A stretch of 64,000 nt of DNA from Candidatus Multivorans sp. (lineage in GTDB: Bacteria > Acidobacteriota > Thermoanaerobaculia > Multivoradales > Multivoraceae), in contig OZ245033.1 of NCBI GenBank assembly GCA_965224025.1, positions 4,960,001 to 5,024,000 of the forward strand, read 5' to 3'. This document shows, in pieces, positions 49,416 through 58,744 of the stretch. The translations under genes and the position numbers were made by a program. The notes under the pieces were generated by a model, which searched no databases, was not told where the DNA came from, and was given only the letters and a program-made list of their open reading frames with translations. How positions within the stretch are numbered: the first letter of the stretch is position 1; each line of letters opens with the position of its first letter.

Positions 49416-49921
49416 GGTTTCTGGTCAACGGCCCGACGCGGCTGGCCTACCGCGCCTGCGAGTCGCGCGACTTCGACTCGCTGCACGAGATGATGCGCGG
49501 CACCCGTACCTGGGCGGCGCTGCATGCCGCCGTGGCCGCTCAACTCGACGCCGACGACGGCGACGACTACCGGGCGCTGGCGGCGGGATCGCGGGTCTTG
49601 ATCGCCACGGACGGCGGCGCCGTCGTCGGCATGGTCCGGGCCGTTCTTTCCTCCGGCGAGCGCTGGACGGCGAACGTGGAATCTCGCGGCGCCTCGGGCC
49701 AGGGCGAGCGCCCGCTCGAGTTCGCCGGTGACGCCTTGGCGTGGCTGCACCTGCTCGGCGTGGAGGCGGCCGAGGTCACGGCCTACTGCCGGGCGTGCCC
49801 GAGCCCGTTCCACGACGGCCTGGTGCCGCCCCGGAGGGTGTCCTGGTCGGCCGACCCGATCCCGCGCGACCCGCTGGGCTTGCCACGCGACCTGACCTGG
49901 GCCAGGGTGCAGACCGGCTAG
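49412..49921 (+). CDS. hypothetical protein, possibly GNAT-like fold
   Basis: GTGA overlap with the J stop; 169 aa; YRACESRDFDSL...VLIATDGGAVVGMV resembles a GNAT N-terminal half. Confidence 0.55.
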   Translation: MRFLVNGPTRLAYRACESRDFDSLHEMMRGTRTWAALHAAVAAQLDADDGDDYRALAAGSRVLIATDGGAVVGMVRAVLSSGERWTANVESRGASGQGERPLEFAGDALAWLHLLGVEAAEVTAYCRACPSPFHDGLVPPRRVSWSADPIPRDPLGLPRDLTWARVQTG

Positions 49922-50027
49922 CTGTCGTCCTCCACCGCAGTGGGTCTCGCGACCTTCGACCTCGAACCGCGACTCACGCCGTTCCCGCTGGCAGCCGGGG
50001 AATCGCCCGCAGGCCGACTGCACAGCG

Positions 50028-50089
50028 TTTCTCGCACTAATGCACAGTCGTTTCTCGCACTAATGGGGTCCATTTCTCGCACGAACCGA
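50028..50089 (-). repeat. right-end transposase-binding-like repeats
   Basis: TTTCTCGCACTAA at 50028 and 50051 and TTTCTCGCACGAA at 50073 (22-23 bp period); inverted relative to the left-end repeats. Confidence 0.85.
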
Positions 50090-50102
50090 GTCTTCGGCGG
50101 CA

Positions 50103-50120
50103 GCGGACCAGAAGGTCCGC
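50103..50120. repeat. REP-like hairpin
   Basis: GCGGACC-AGAA-GGTCCGC perfect 7-bp stem just outside the element. Confidence 0.4.
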
Positions 50121-50379
50121 GCACCCAGAGACGGGCTGTGCCGTGAGCGGGCCTCTGTTCTGCAACCGTTGGAGCGACACTGCGAGCGGTGGGTTCGCAG
50201 TAGAGACTCTCGCTCCGGGAAAGGCCGTGCACTGGGTGCGCGGACCTGCCATCCGTGCACCCGATGACGGGCGCACGGACTGGTTCGCGGGTGGCGCGGA
50301 TCGCGCCACCCGGGTTCTGGTCCGCATCCGGGCGACGCCGCGAAGCGGCGAGCTATACAGCATCGCGCAGAATAGACCC

Positions 50380-51774
50380 ATGTCCACCGTCCGGCAGGCC
50401 CTCGACACTCTCGACCGCGACGCGGCCGGCCGGTCGATGATGGACCTCGCCGTCGACCTGTACTCCATCCCCCGCAGCCTGACCGGCGACGGCGTCCGCG
50501 CCACACTCGACCAGATCGGCCGGCGAATCCCGCTCGAAGTGCACGAACTCCCCACCGGCACGAAGGTGCTCGACTGGACCGTGCCGCGCGAGTGGAATCC
50601 GCGCGCGGCGTGGATCCGCGATCCCGCGGGCGTACCGATCGTCGACTTCGCGGGCCACAACCTCCACCTGGTCGGCTACAGCGTCCCGGTCCACCGCCGG
50701 CTTTCCCTGAACGAGCTCCGACCCCATCTGCACAGCCTGCCGGAGCAGCCGGACCTGATCCCCTACCGCACCTCCTACTACGAGGAGGCGTGGGGTTTCT
50801 GCCTGCCGCACGAACTCCTCGAATCTCTCCCGGACGGCGAGTACGAAGTGTTCATCGACGCCTCGCTCGAAGACGGCTCGATGACCTGGGGCGAGTGCCT
50901 GCTGCCGGGGTCGAGCCCGGAGGAAGTTCTGATCTCGAGCCACGTCTGCCATCCCCAGTTGGCGAACGACAACCTCTCGGGAATCGCGGTCGCCGTCCAT
51001 CTCGCCGAGGCGCTGGCCGCCGTGCCGGAGCGCCGCTACAGCTACCGCTTCCTGTTCGCGCCGGGCGGCATCGGAGCGATCGCCTGGCTGGCGCGGAACC
51101 GCGAGCGGCTCGCTACCTTCCGCCACGGCCTGATCGCCGCGAACCTGGGCGACGCGGGCGGCTTCCACTACAAGAAGAGCCGCCGCGGCGACGCCGAGAT
51201 CGACCGCGCCGTGGCCGCGGCCATGGCCGGCCTGGGCGCAGAACTCGTCACCGAGGACTTCTTCCCCTTCGGCTACGACGAGCGCCAGTACTGCTCGCCG
51301 GGCTTCGACCTGCCGGTCGGCGTGCTGACCCGGACCCCCTGGGGCCAATACCCCGAGTACCACACCTCCGCCGACGACCTGGACTTCATCGGCGCCGAAG
51401 CCCTCGCCGGTTCGCTCGCCGCCTACCTCGCGGCCGCGGCCGTGCTCGAGGACGGCGCCGTCCAGGGCGGCAGTGAGGTCGAATCAGCGCCGCCGCGCGG
51501 TCGCCCTCTCGGCGTCCGCGCTTCCGCCCACAACCGCCGTTACCGCAACCTGGAGCCCTTTGGCGAACCCCAGCTCGGCCGCCGGGGCCTGTACGGCGGC
51601 ATGGGCGGCGCCGGCCGCAAGGATCGTGAAATCGGCATGTTGTGGGTGCTCAACCAGAGCGACGGCGAGCAGTCGCTGTCGGACATCGCGGAACGGTCTG
51701 GTATGCCATTCGGCGCGATCAGCGAAGCCGCCGCCGCGTTGCGTGAGGCGGGTCTGCTGGAGGAGGTGGATTAG
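50380..51774 (+). CDS. DUF4910 aminopeptidase-like protein with C-terminal winged helix
   Basis: PRSLTGDGVR, DWTVPREW, IPYRTSYY, HVCHP..ANDNLSG, DERQYCSPGFDLP, EYHTSADD, EPQLGRRGLY. Confidence 0.9.
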   Translation: MSTVRQALDTLDRDAAGRSMMDLAVDLYSIPRSLTGDGVRATLDQIGRRIPLEVHELPTGTKVLDWTVPREWNPRAAWIRDPAGVPIVDFAGHNLHLVGYSVPVHRRLSLNELRPHLHSLPEQPDLIPYRTSYYEEAWGFCLPHELLESLPDGEYEVFIDASLEDGSMTWGECLLPGSSPEEVLISSHVCHPQLANDNLSGIAVAVHLAEALAAVPERRYSYRFLFAPGGIGAIAWLARNRERLATFRHGLIAANLGDAGGFHYKKSRRGDAEIDRAVAAAMAGLGAELVTEDFFPFGYDERQYCSPGFDLPVGVLTRTPWGQYPEYHTSADDLDFIGAEALAGSLAAYLAAAAVLEDGAVQGGSEVESAPPRGRPLGVRASAHNRRYRNLEPFGEPQLGRRGLYGGMGGAGRKDREIGMLWVLNQSDGEQSLSDIAERSGMPFGAISEAAAALREAGLLEEVD

Positions 51775-51825
51775 GAGCGTGCGCCGCGAACATGGGGTAC
51801 GCCGATCTTCCTGCCGCGCACGCTG

Positions 51826-54159
51826 CTACGGCGCCACGACCCTCATTGGCAGCCGCAACGGCGCCACCCCACGCCCCGCGAACCACGCGACCTGCTCGTA
51901 CACCAGGTCGATCTCGAGCGTGTATTCGCCTGCCTCATCCGGCGCCCGGACCGGCAGCGTGATCGTCTCGAAGGCGCCCGAGCCCATGCGCGGCAACAGG
52001 CTGCGCGGGCCCTCCGGGCCGACCTGGGGGCCGGGCTCCCCGTCCTCGTCTTCCGAAGCCGCGATTCCCCGACGCCACCGGGCGCCCAGGTTGACTCCCA
52101 CGGCGCCCTGGCGTTCCCACGCCACGTTCGACTCGTTGCTCACGCCCACGGGGAGTTGAACCTCGGCGCCCGCGGGCAGTGTGGCCGGCACCAGCCCCAC
52201 GGTGCCGATCCGGGCCGCGAATACGTTGGCGTTCAGGTGCTCCTCGCTGCCCAGGATTCGCAACTCGGCGCCGAAGTAGAAGGTCTCCTCGGTCTCCCGG
52301 TTCCAGGCGTAGACGGCGCATGGGGCGGGCGGCCGAACCCTGGTCCACTTGGTCGGCGCGCCGCGCGCGGTCTCGACGAGTACCCGATGGACATGGCTTC
52401 GGCGGCCGTCCCGCCGTCTCACCTTGTGGGGCTTCCCGGAGCGGAGCGTCACCCGTTGGGGCCGGTCGGCCTCGGCGACCTCCACGTCGACCCGGGCGCC
52501 GCCGTCCAGGCGGAGTCGGATGGTGTTCCCAGCGACCGGTGAGGAGACGCTCAACACCAGGCTGTCGAACCGGTGCCGGGACTCGATCAGGATCTCGCTC
52601 GGCCCGCGGGCTGCGACCCACCAGGACCCGCCGCGCGCCAGCACCCGGTCCGCCCGTCCCATGACCGACATGCCGGCCGCCGCCCTCCTCTCGTAGCCGG
52701 GCACGTTGCGCAGCGAAAACTCGAACGGCAGGTAGCGAAGCGGCGCGTTGCGCGTGTGCGCCTGCAGCGTTGGCGCGGGCACGGTGACGCCGAAGGGCGC
52801 CAGCACCATGGCGCCGACGAACAGGCCGGCCGCCGTGAAGCCCGCCGGCACGGTCCAGGGTGGGATCCGGCCCGGAACCAGGAACAGGAAGGCCGGGACG
52901 ACGCTGACGAAGTAGCGGTTGCCGACGAAGCCGCCGCCGCCCTGCCAATTCCAGCCGATGAAGAGCAGGAAGTAGCCGGCGACAACAACCAGGGACAGGA
53001 GCAAGAGCCAGCGGTCCCGGTCGCGGCGACCGCCGAGCAGGAACAGGGCCAGGGCGATGCCGGCGAAGGGGTGGTAGGGCAGCAGGCCGGCGTGCCGGCC
53101 CACCAGGAAGTAGCCGACGTTCTCGACCACCTCCCCCACCGACTGGCGTGGGATGCGGAACAGCCACGTGAACGCGTTGCCGGTCGGCGACTCGGGGATC
53201 GTATTGGCGCTGGTCGAGCCGGCGATCGATCCCGGCTCGCCGGCGTTCCGCGCTTCCTCGATCCGGCGCGCCTCGATGATTTCGGGCGGCCAGTCGCCGG
53301 GCTCGCACACCCGCACGGCGGCCCGCACGTCGGACCCGAGATAGGGCAGGAGCTGGCCCGTCATGCGCATGGACATCGCCCCCAGCAGCGCCAGGGTGGC
53401 GGCGAAGCCGGCGGTCCAGATCGCGGCCGTCCGCCACTGCCGGCGCAGCAGGTAGGCGCCCGCCAGGGAGAGGGCGATCGCCGCGAACATCGGCTTGTTG
53501 TAGGTGGGAAGGGCGAGCAGCACGCCGGAGAGGGCGGTCAGCCACCAGGCCCGCCGCCGGTTCTCGAAGCCCCAGTACAGCGCGCCGAAGACACCGAACA
53601 TGTTGAACACTTCGGGCTGCAGCCAGAACACGTAGCGGGAGCATGCCGAGAGCAGCAACAGGCCGCAGGCAAAGGCGGCGGCAGTTGCGGGCGCGGTGCG
53701 GCGGGCGAGGAAGACCGCGGCCAGCCACAGCATGGCGACGAACAGCGCCATGTTGAGGAACACCATCCCGTTGGCGCCGAAGAGCGCCGCGAAGGGGGCG
53801 GCGAACAGCGGGTAGGCGAGCGGCTTGCCGTAGTGCGCGGTGCTCCAGGCGTCGGACGTCATCAGGATCAGGTTGTGGGTGGAGGCGAAGGGGAACTCCT
53901 CCAGCAACCGATCGCCGTCCGCCGGCAGGTAGCGCAGGTCGAAGTCGCGGGCGAGGCTCAGCGCCATCAGGTAGTAGGCTGGCTCGTCGGCCTTGAGCGT
54001 CGGAGGCTGGCCTGGTTTGCCGATCGTGAGCGGCACCGCGAGCAGGAAGCAACTCAGGGCGGCCAGGGTCACGACCGCGGGCCTGCTGGCGAACAATCCC
54101 TCGCGGCGCCGGAGCAGAGAACGGAGACCCTTCGTCAACCCGCCGGTGGCCGCGGTCAC
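51826..54159 (-). CDS. polytopic membrane protein, probable GT-C glycosyltransferase with extracytoplasmic Ig-like domains
   Basis: ADEPAYYLMALSLARD first-loop motif, many TM helices, GNRYF. Confidence 0.7.
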   Translation of the reverse strand: MTAATGGLTKGLRSLLRRREGLFASRPAVVTLAALSCFLLAVPLTIGKPGQPPTLKADEPAYYLMALSLARDFDLRYLPADGDRLLEEFPFASTHNLILMTSDAWSTAHYGKPLAYPLFAAPFAALFGANGMVFLNMALFVAMLWLAAVFLARRTAPATAAAFACGLLLLSACSRYVFWLQPEVFNMFGVFGALYWGFENRRRAWWLTALSGVLLALPTYNKPMFAAIALSLAGAYLLRRQWRTAAIWTAGFAATLALLGAMSMRMTGQLLPYLGSDVRAAVRVCEPGDWPPEIIEARRIEEARNAGEPGSIAGSTSANTIPESPTGNAFTWLFRIPRQSVGEVVENVGYFLVGRHAGLLPYHPFAGIALALFLLGGRRDRDRWLLLLSLVVVAGYFLLFIGWNWQGGGGFVGNRYFVSVVPAFLFLVPGRIPPWTVPAGFTAAGLFVGAMVLAPFGVTVPAPTLQAHTRNAPLRYLPFEFSLRNVPGYERRAAAGMSVMGRADRVLARGGSWWVAARGPSEILIESRHRFDSLVLSVSSPVAGNTIRLRLDGGARVDVEVAEADRPQRVTLRSGKPHKVRRRDGRRSHVHRVLVETARGAPTKWTRVRPPAPCAVYAWNRETEETFYFGAELRILGSEEHLNANVFAARIGTVGLVPATLPAGAEVQLPVGVSNESNVAWERQGAVGVNLGARWRRGIAASEDEDGEPGPQVGPEGPRSLLPRMGSGAFETITLPVRAPDEAGEYTLEIDLVYEQVAWFAGRGVAPLRLPMRVVAP

Positions 54160-55208
54160 GGCCGGACCTCGCGCGGCGTCCCGGACACCGATCGCCAGCC
54201 TCCGGCCTCGGGCCAGCGCGCGCGCAGAAGACCCGAGGAGGGATCCAGGTCAACCACGGGCGTCGCTTCGGCCGGCGCCGCGAACTCCACGGACGACCCG
54301 GGTCCGGACGCCATCCATGTTCGCGGCGCCCCACGGAGGAAGAGGAGCGTGTCACCGTTCCGGACCCACTCGGGGTAGAGCGAGTCGGGCGGCGCCGCCC
54401 ACCTCTCGTTCCGCCACTCTCCCTGTTCGAACCGCGCCGTCCGCACCCGGTAGACACTCCCGTCGTAACGGCTCCAGGCCACCGCGGCGCCCTCCGGCGT
54501 GACCAGCAGCCGGGGCGTGATGTCGGGCACCCGGTTGTCCGGCGAGACCCGTCCGCCGGTCCAGCTTCCGTCCGGCTGTCCCAGCCGCCAGACCAGATCG
54601 TCGTCGTTGCCGTCGAAGGCGGACCAGACGAGCAGCCAGGCGCCGTCCGCGAGTACGGCGGCGTCGAGCGCGGTCTGCGATCCGGGCCCGGCGCCGACCA
54701 GGCGGGTCGCCGGCTGGAGATCTCCGTCGCGATACGGGGACAGCCACACCTCCTGGGCACGGGGCCGGGTTGCTTCGAGCCAGGCGAGTCCCCGCAGCGG
54801 TGCCGGGGTAGTGTCCGCCAGCCAGCGTGCGGAGGCGATCTGGATCGCGCCGCGCGAGCGCTCGGGCGGCGCAAGAGCCCGGACCTGGCCGTCCCGGCCA
54901 CCGTGGAGCCTCAGGCGGGGTCCGTTCCCGTCCACGGCGATTCCCGCTACCGCCCATTCCCGCACGCCCTCCGGGTCGCGGCCGAGCAGCACCAGATCGT
55001 CGTAGCGCACGGATGTCCCCGGTGGTGCCGTCGCGGGCAGTTCCACGGCCTGGTCGGGGCCCAGCCACAGCGTCGGTTGCCCGGTCGTCGCCTGCAGGTG
55101 AGCCCAGTCCTGTCCCCGATAGGCGGTCAGCCCGTCGGCGGCGAGACCCGGCGGGAACCCGGCGCTCCAGGCAAGGAACGCCAGCGTCAGGCAGAGCGGC
55201 CTTCGCAT
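54156..55208 (-). CDS. hypothetical secreted protein (beta-rich)
   Basis: Signal peptide MRRPLCLTLAFLAWSAG...; LLVWSAFDGNDDDL, DITPRL, AVAWS; stop overlaps the next start. Confidence 0.7.
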   Translation of the reverse strand: MRRPLCLTLAFLAWSAGFPPGLAADGLTAYRGQDWAHLQATTGQPTLWLGPDQAVELPATAPPGTSVRYDDLVLLGRDPEGVREWAVAGIAVDGNGPRLRLHGGRDGQVRALAPPERSRGAIQIASARWLADTTPAPLRGLAWLEATRPRAQEVWLSPYRDGDLQPATRLVGAGPGSQTALDAAVLADGAWLLVWSAFDGNDDDLVWRLGQPDGSWTGGRVSPDNRVPDITPRLLVTPEGAAVAWSRYDGSVYRVRTARFEQGEWRNERWAAPPDSLYPEWVRNGDTLLFLRGAPRTWMASGPGSSVEFAAPAEATPVVDLDPSSGLLRARWPEAGGWRSVSGTPREVRP

Positions 55209-55304
55209 CGGTCTCAGCTTACCGGGCGGTCCCACACGGTGCTGCACTACGTGGCGCCTTGCAGGAACCAAGCCTCGCGGGGTGCGGGCCGGTAAGCTCC
55301 GCGC

Positions 55305-56036
55305 GTGTCGAGGTTTGCCGAGCGGGTCGCGGTCGTGGCCGGCGCCACGGGGGCGATCGGCGGCGCGGTCGCCCGCCGGCTGGCGGGCGAGGGCGCTTCC
55401 CTGGTGCTCCTGGGTCGGGACCCGGCGCGTCTTCGGGCGATCGCGGGCGAGCTGAAGGGAACGGGCGGCTTCATCCGGACCGTGGCCGGCGACCTCACCG
55501 AAGCCGCGGTGATCGACGCCGCCGGGGCTGAGTCTGAGTCGCTCGGCGGCGGTATCGATCTGCTGGTGCATGCGGCGGGCGCCTTTCGCGCGGGCGCCTT
55601 CGAGACGGCGCCGGCCGGCGATCTCGACCACCAGCTCGCGGTCAACACGCGCGCTCCGTACCTCTTGACCCGGCGGCTGCTTTCCGATCTCCGCCACCGC
55701 GGAGGCCTGGTGGTGTTCGTCAACTCGACGGCGGGGCTTGTGGCCGGGGCGGGGAGCGCCGCGTATGCCGCCAGCAAACACGCCTTGAGGGCTCTGGCGG
55801 ATGCCCTGCGCGCCGAGGTCAACGCGGACGGCGTTCGCGTGCTGAGCGTCTATCCCGGCCGCACGCGGAGCCGTATGCAGCAGGATGTCTGCCGCAGCCT
55901 GGGCCAGCACTACGACGCGGAGCGCTTCCTCGACCCGGGCGACGTGGCGTCGGCGATCGTCGAGGCGGCGGCTCTGCCCTCGTCGGCCGAGATGGTCGAC
56001 TTCCGGCTCCGCCCCGCGGTCAAACCGCGGCTGTAG
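55305..56036 (+). CDS. short-chain dehydrogenase/reductase
   Basis: AGATGAIG, VHAAG, NS, YAASK, YPG. Confidence 0.92.
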   Translation: MSRFAERVAVVAGATGAIGGAVARRLAGEGASLVLLGRDPARLRAIAGELKGTGGFIRTVAGDLTEAAVIDAAGAESESLGGGIDLLVHAAGAFRAGAFETAPAGDLDHQLAVNTRAPYLLTRRLLSDLRHRGGLVVFVNSTAGLVAGAGSAAYAASKHALRALADALRAEVNADGVRVLSVYPGRTRSRMQQDVCRSLGQHYDAERFLDPGDVASAIVEAAALPSSAEMVDFRLRPAVKPRL

Positions 56037-56081
56037 CGGTCAGGTTGCCGCCGCGAAGCGGCGACCATCCTGCGGCGCCAG

Positions 56082-57557
56082 TTACCTCCCGTCCGCCGCC
56101 GGCTGCTTCCGTGACGTCACTACGTACCCCAGCGCCTTCAGCCGCTCCAGTTCCTCCGGCGCGATCACCGGTTCGCCCCGCTCGGCGAGCAGGGCCGCCC
56201 GGTCCACGCCGTTCGCCGCCTGCCAGCGACTCTGCAGCCGGCGTGCGAAGTCGTCCTCGGCGGGAACTGGCTGGATCGTTCCGTCCGGGGACCACTCGAA
56301 CGACTCCAGTTGCGGGCGGGTCCCCGGGGCGCCCCTCAGCGGCGGAACTGTCTCGAACCGCCGTTCGAGTCGGCCCACGAGTTCCTCGGGCGCCTCTGTC
56401 AGCGGCGCCGACGGTTCGCCGTCCGCGAGCGCCAGCATCGCGTCGTAGTACCGGTCCTCCGCCGGCGCGAACCGGCTCTTCCACACCAGTTGGCGCCCCT
56501 CCTCGACCAGGGACAGTTGGTTCTCGCCGTTGCCCACGTAGAGCTCCGACAGGGCGCCCGCATGGCTCGGCTCGAACAGGCTCGGCGGACTGCCCGGCGG
56601 CGGCGTCCCTCCCGCGGCCTCGATCAGGGTCGAGAAGAGGCGGTAGTTGGCGACCACGGGTCCGGGGTCGGGCGGCCGGGTCCAGCCGGCCGGCAGCTTG
56701 ACGATCAGCGGCACCTCGATCAGCACCCGGTGCAGGCTGCCGCCGTGCAGGACCTGGCCGTTCTCGCCGAACTCCTCGCCGTGGTCCGAGGTCACGGCGA
56801 TCAGGGCGTCGTCGAAGTGGCCGCTCTCGCGCAGCGCCTCCAGCATGGCGCCGACCTGAGCGTCCGCGTGGGCCGCGTTCAGTTGGTAGAGCTGCCAGGC
56901 GCGCTCCCCCAGGTTCGCGTCGAGCGGGATGGCCGGATCGGCGAACTGCCTCATCTGCAGGGGCGTGATCCGTTCCGGCAGGTCGTCGCGGGGAGCCGTC
57001 AGGCGGTCGAGGTACGGAGCATGGAGACGGTATGGCGCGTGCGGGGGCAACACGTGCATCCAGACGAACTGGGGACCCCCGTCCAGGGCGCGGAGAATTT
57101 CGGTCACGCGTTCCATCCGGGTCACCGGGCCGAAGTGTTGGAAGCCGCGAACGTAGCCGAACGTCCGGGCGAGCCAACCGTTGGAGCGGAAGGCGGTATT
57201 CTGGAAACCGAGGTCGCGGAGGATCTCCGGCAGGGTCGGCAGGTCCTCCCGAAGGCGTGCGCGCGCGCCGTGCCAACTGCCATGTCGCCAGGGTTGCCGT
57301 CCGGTGAACAGCGACGCCATGGACGGCACCGTCCAGCTCGAACTCGCGATCGCGGCGCCGGCCCAGTCCGCGCCGGCGGCCAGACGGTCGATGTGCGGCA
57401 TCAGGCCGCTCCCGACCAGGTCGGCGCGCAGCGCGTCGATCGTGATCAGGACGATCGGCCCGCGGTGGACCGGCGGCGCTTCGGAGCAACCGGCGGTCAG
57501 GGTCGCGACGGCCAGGAGTCCGGCAGCGGTTCGGGTTCCGGTCGGGCGGCGCCTCAT
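56082..57557 (-). CDS. sulfatase-like lipoprotein
   Basis: Lipobox TAGC, IDALRAD, WTVPSMASLFTG, PPHAPY, SDHGEEF, C-terminal ERLKALGYV. Confidence 0.85.
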   Translation of the reverse strand: MRRRPTGTRTAAGLLAVATLTAGCSEAPPVHRGPIVLITIDALRADLVGSGLMPHIDRLAAGADWAGAAIASSSWTVPSMASLFTGRQPWRHGSWHGARARLREDLPTLPEILRDLGFQNTAFRSNGWLARTFGYVRGFQHFGPVTRMERVTEILRALDGGPQFVWMHVLPPHAPYRLHAPYLDRLTAPRDDLPERITPLQMRQFADPAIPLDANLGERAWQLYQLNAAHADAQVGAMLEALRESGHFDDALIAVTSDHGEEFGENGQVLHGGSLHRVLIEVPLIVKLPAGWTRPPDPGPVVANYRLFSTLIEAAGGTPPPGSPPSLFEPSHAGALSELYVGNGENQLSLVEEGRQLVWKSRFAPAEDRYYDAMLALADGEPSAPLTEAPEELVGRLERRFETVPPLRGAPGTRPQLESFEWSPDGTIQPVPAEDDFARRLQSRWQAANGVDRAALLAERGEPVIAPEELERLKALGYVVTSRKQPAADGR

Positions 57558-57762
57558 GCCGGCTACCTTATGGCCGATTCGGGTGCGCTCGTCTCCTGGC
57601 CGGCAGAGTCGTCCACTTCGGCTCGGTAGGTAGTGGTACTAGATTCCTTGAACGAGCGTGGTCTTTACAGTTGAGGCAAGTTTCACCCAGAGCCATGCAT
57701 CGATACGTCGGCTCGCGTAGCCCGCAAGGACATGCTCGTCGGTCTGAGGCGAAGCCTCGCTA

Positions 57763-58740
57763 GTGTAGTGTCTCCGACATGGGCTAACAACTTTGGGCAA
57801 GTTCGTCAGTATTCCGTTCATGTGGGAACCAGCGGAACGACTTCACATCGAAGAGAGCGATCGAGCGCTTCTCAAGAAATGGATAGAGGCGCCGACGACG
57901 CCGCAACGCACGGTCCGGCGTAGCCGGATCGTGCTTGCCGCGGCGGAGGGCGCGGCCAATCGGGCGATCGCGGCGAAACTCGGAGTTTCGCGGCCCACGG
58001 TGCTGCTGTGGCGTCGTCGATTCGCGGAGGACGGACCTTCGGGGCTGACCAGGGATCGTCCCCGCGGTTGCGGAAAGCCGCCGCTCTCGGAGTCGGTCGT
58101 GCGTAAAGTGATCGAAGCGACGCTGCACGAGAAGCCGCCCGGTCAGACCCACTGGAGCGTGCGTTCGATGGCTCGGGCCCGGGGCATCGGTCCGGCGGCG
58201 GTCCAGCGCATCTGGGCGGCGCACGGTCTGAAGCCTCATCTGGTCAAGACGTTCAAGCTGAGCAACGACCCCAGGTTGGTGGAAAAGCTGCGGGGCGTTG
58301 TGGGCCTGCACCGGAATCCGCCCGAGAACGCGCTTGTGCCGTGCGTGGACGAGAAGAGCCAGATCCAGGCTCTGGACCGGACCCAGCCGGGCTTGCGGCT
58401 CAAGCGCGGCCGCGCGGGAACGATGACCCACGACTACAAGCGCGACGGGACGACGACGTTGTTCGCTGCGCTGAACGTGTTGGAGGGCACGGTGATCGCG
58501 GAGTGCATGGGCCGGCAGCGCCACCAGGAGTGGCTCAACCTGGTCGAACGCTGGCTGGGCGGTCTGGCCACGAAGGCGATCCGGCGCGGTGCATTCCAGA
58601 GCGTCAACGACCTCGTAAAGACCATCTACGACTACGTGGAGCACAGCAACAGAAACTCCCGGCCGTTCGTCTGGACGGCCACCGCCGACAGCATCGTCGC
58701 AAAGGCCACGCATGGTAAAGCCATGTTGGAGACAGTACAC
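57763..58740 (+). mobile_element. IS630-family element, internally deleted
   Basis: TIRs GTGTAGTGTCTCCGACATGG / CCATGTTGGAGACAGTACAC (2 mismatches); TA duplication at 57761-57762 and 58741-58742 in a CTAG site. Confidence 0.9.
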
Positions 58741-58743
58741 TAG
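57820..58743 (+). pseudogene. IS630 transposase lacking the segment with the second catalytic Asp
   Basis: HTH, THWS, FKLSNDP, VDEKSQIQA, HDYKRDGT, then RHQEW fused directly to LNLVERW. Confidence 0.85.
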
Positions 58744-58744
58744 G

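Larger units (their letters stand above)
34739..50089. mobile_element. defective/non-autonomous Mu-like transposable prophage derivative retaining regulators and a lambda-like tail operon
   Basis: 17-bp terminal inverted repeat TCGGTT(A/C)GTGCGAGAAA (34739-34755 / 50073-50089) plus internal copies; GemA-like gene and tail genes; no transposase or head genes; exact termini uncertain. Confidence 0.85.

Noticed and set aside
50019-50089. Short repeats as a CRISPR array
   Set aside because: Only three 13-bp units with 9-10-nt spacers, no cas genes, and an inverted counterpart 15 kb away; they fit transposon ends better
34739-50089. Complete inducible prophage, contractile injection system or T6SS
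   Set aside because: No head, terminase, transposase or lysis genes; no sheath, baseplate, VgrG or PAAR; tail genes are of the non-contractile lambda M/L/K/I/J type
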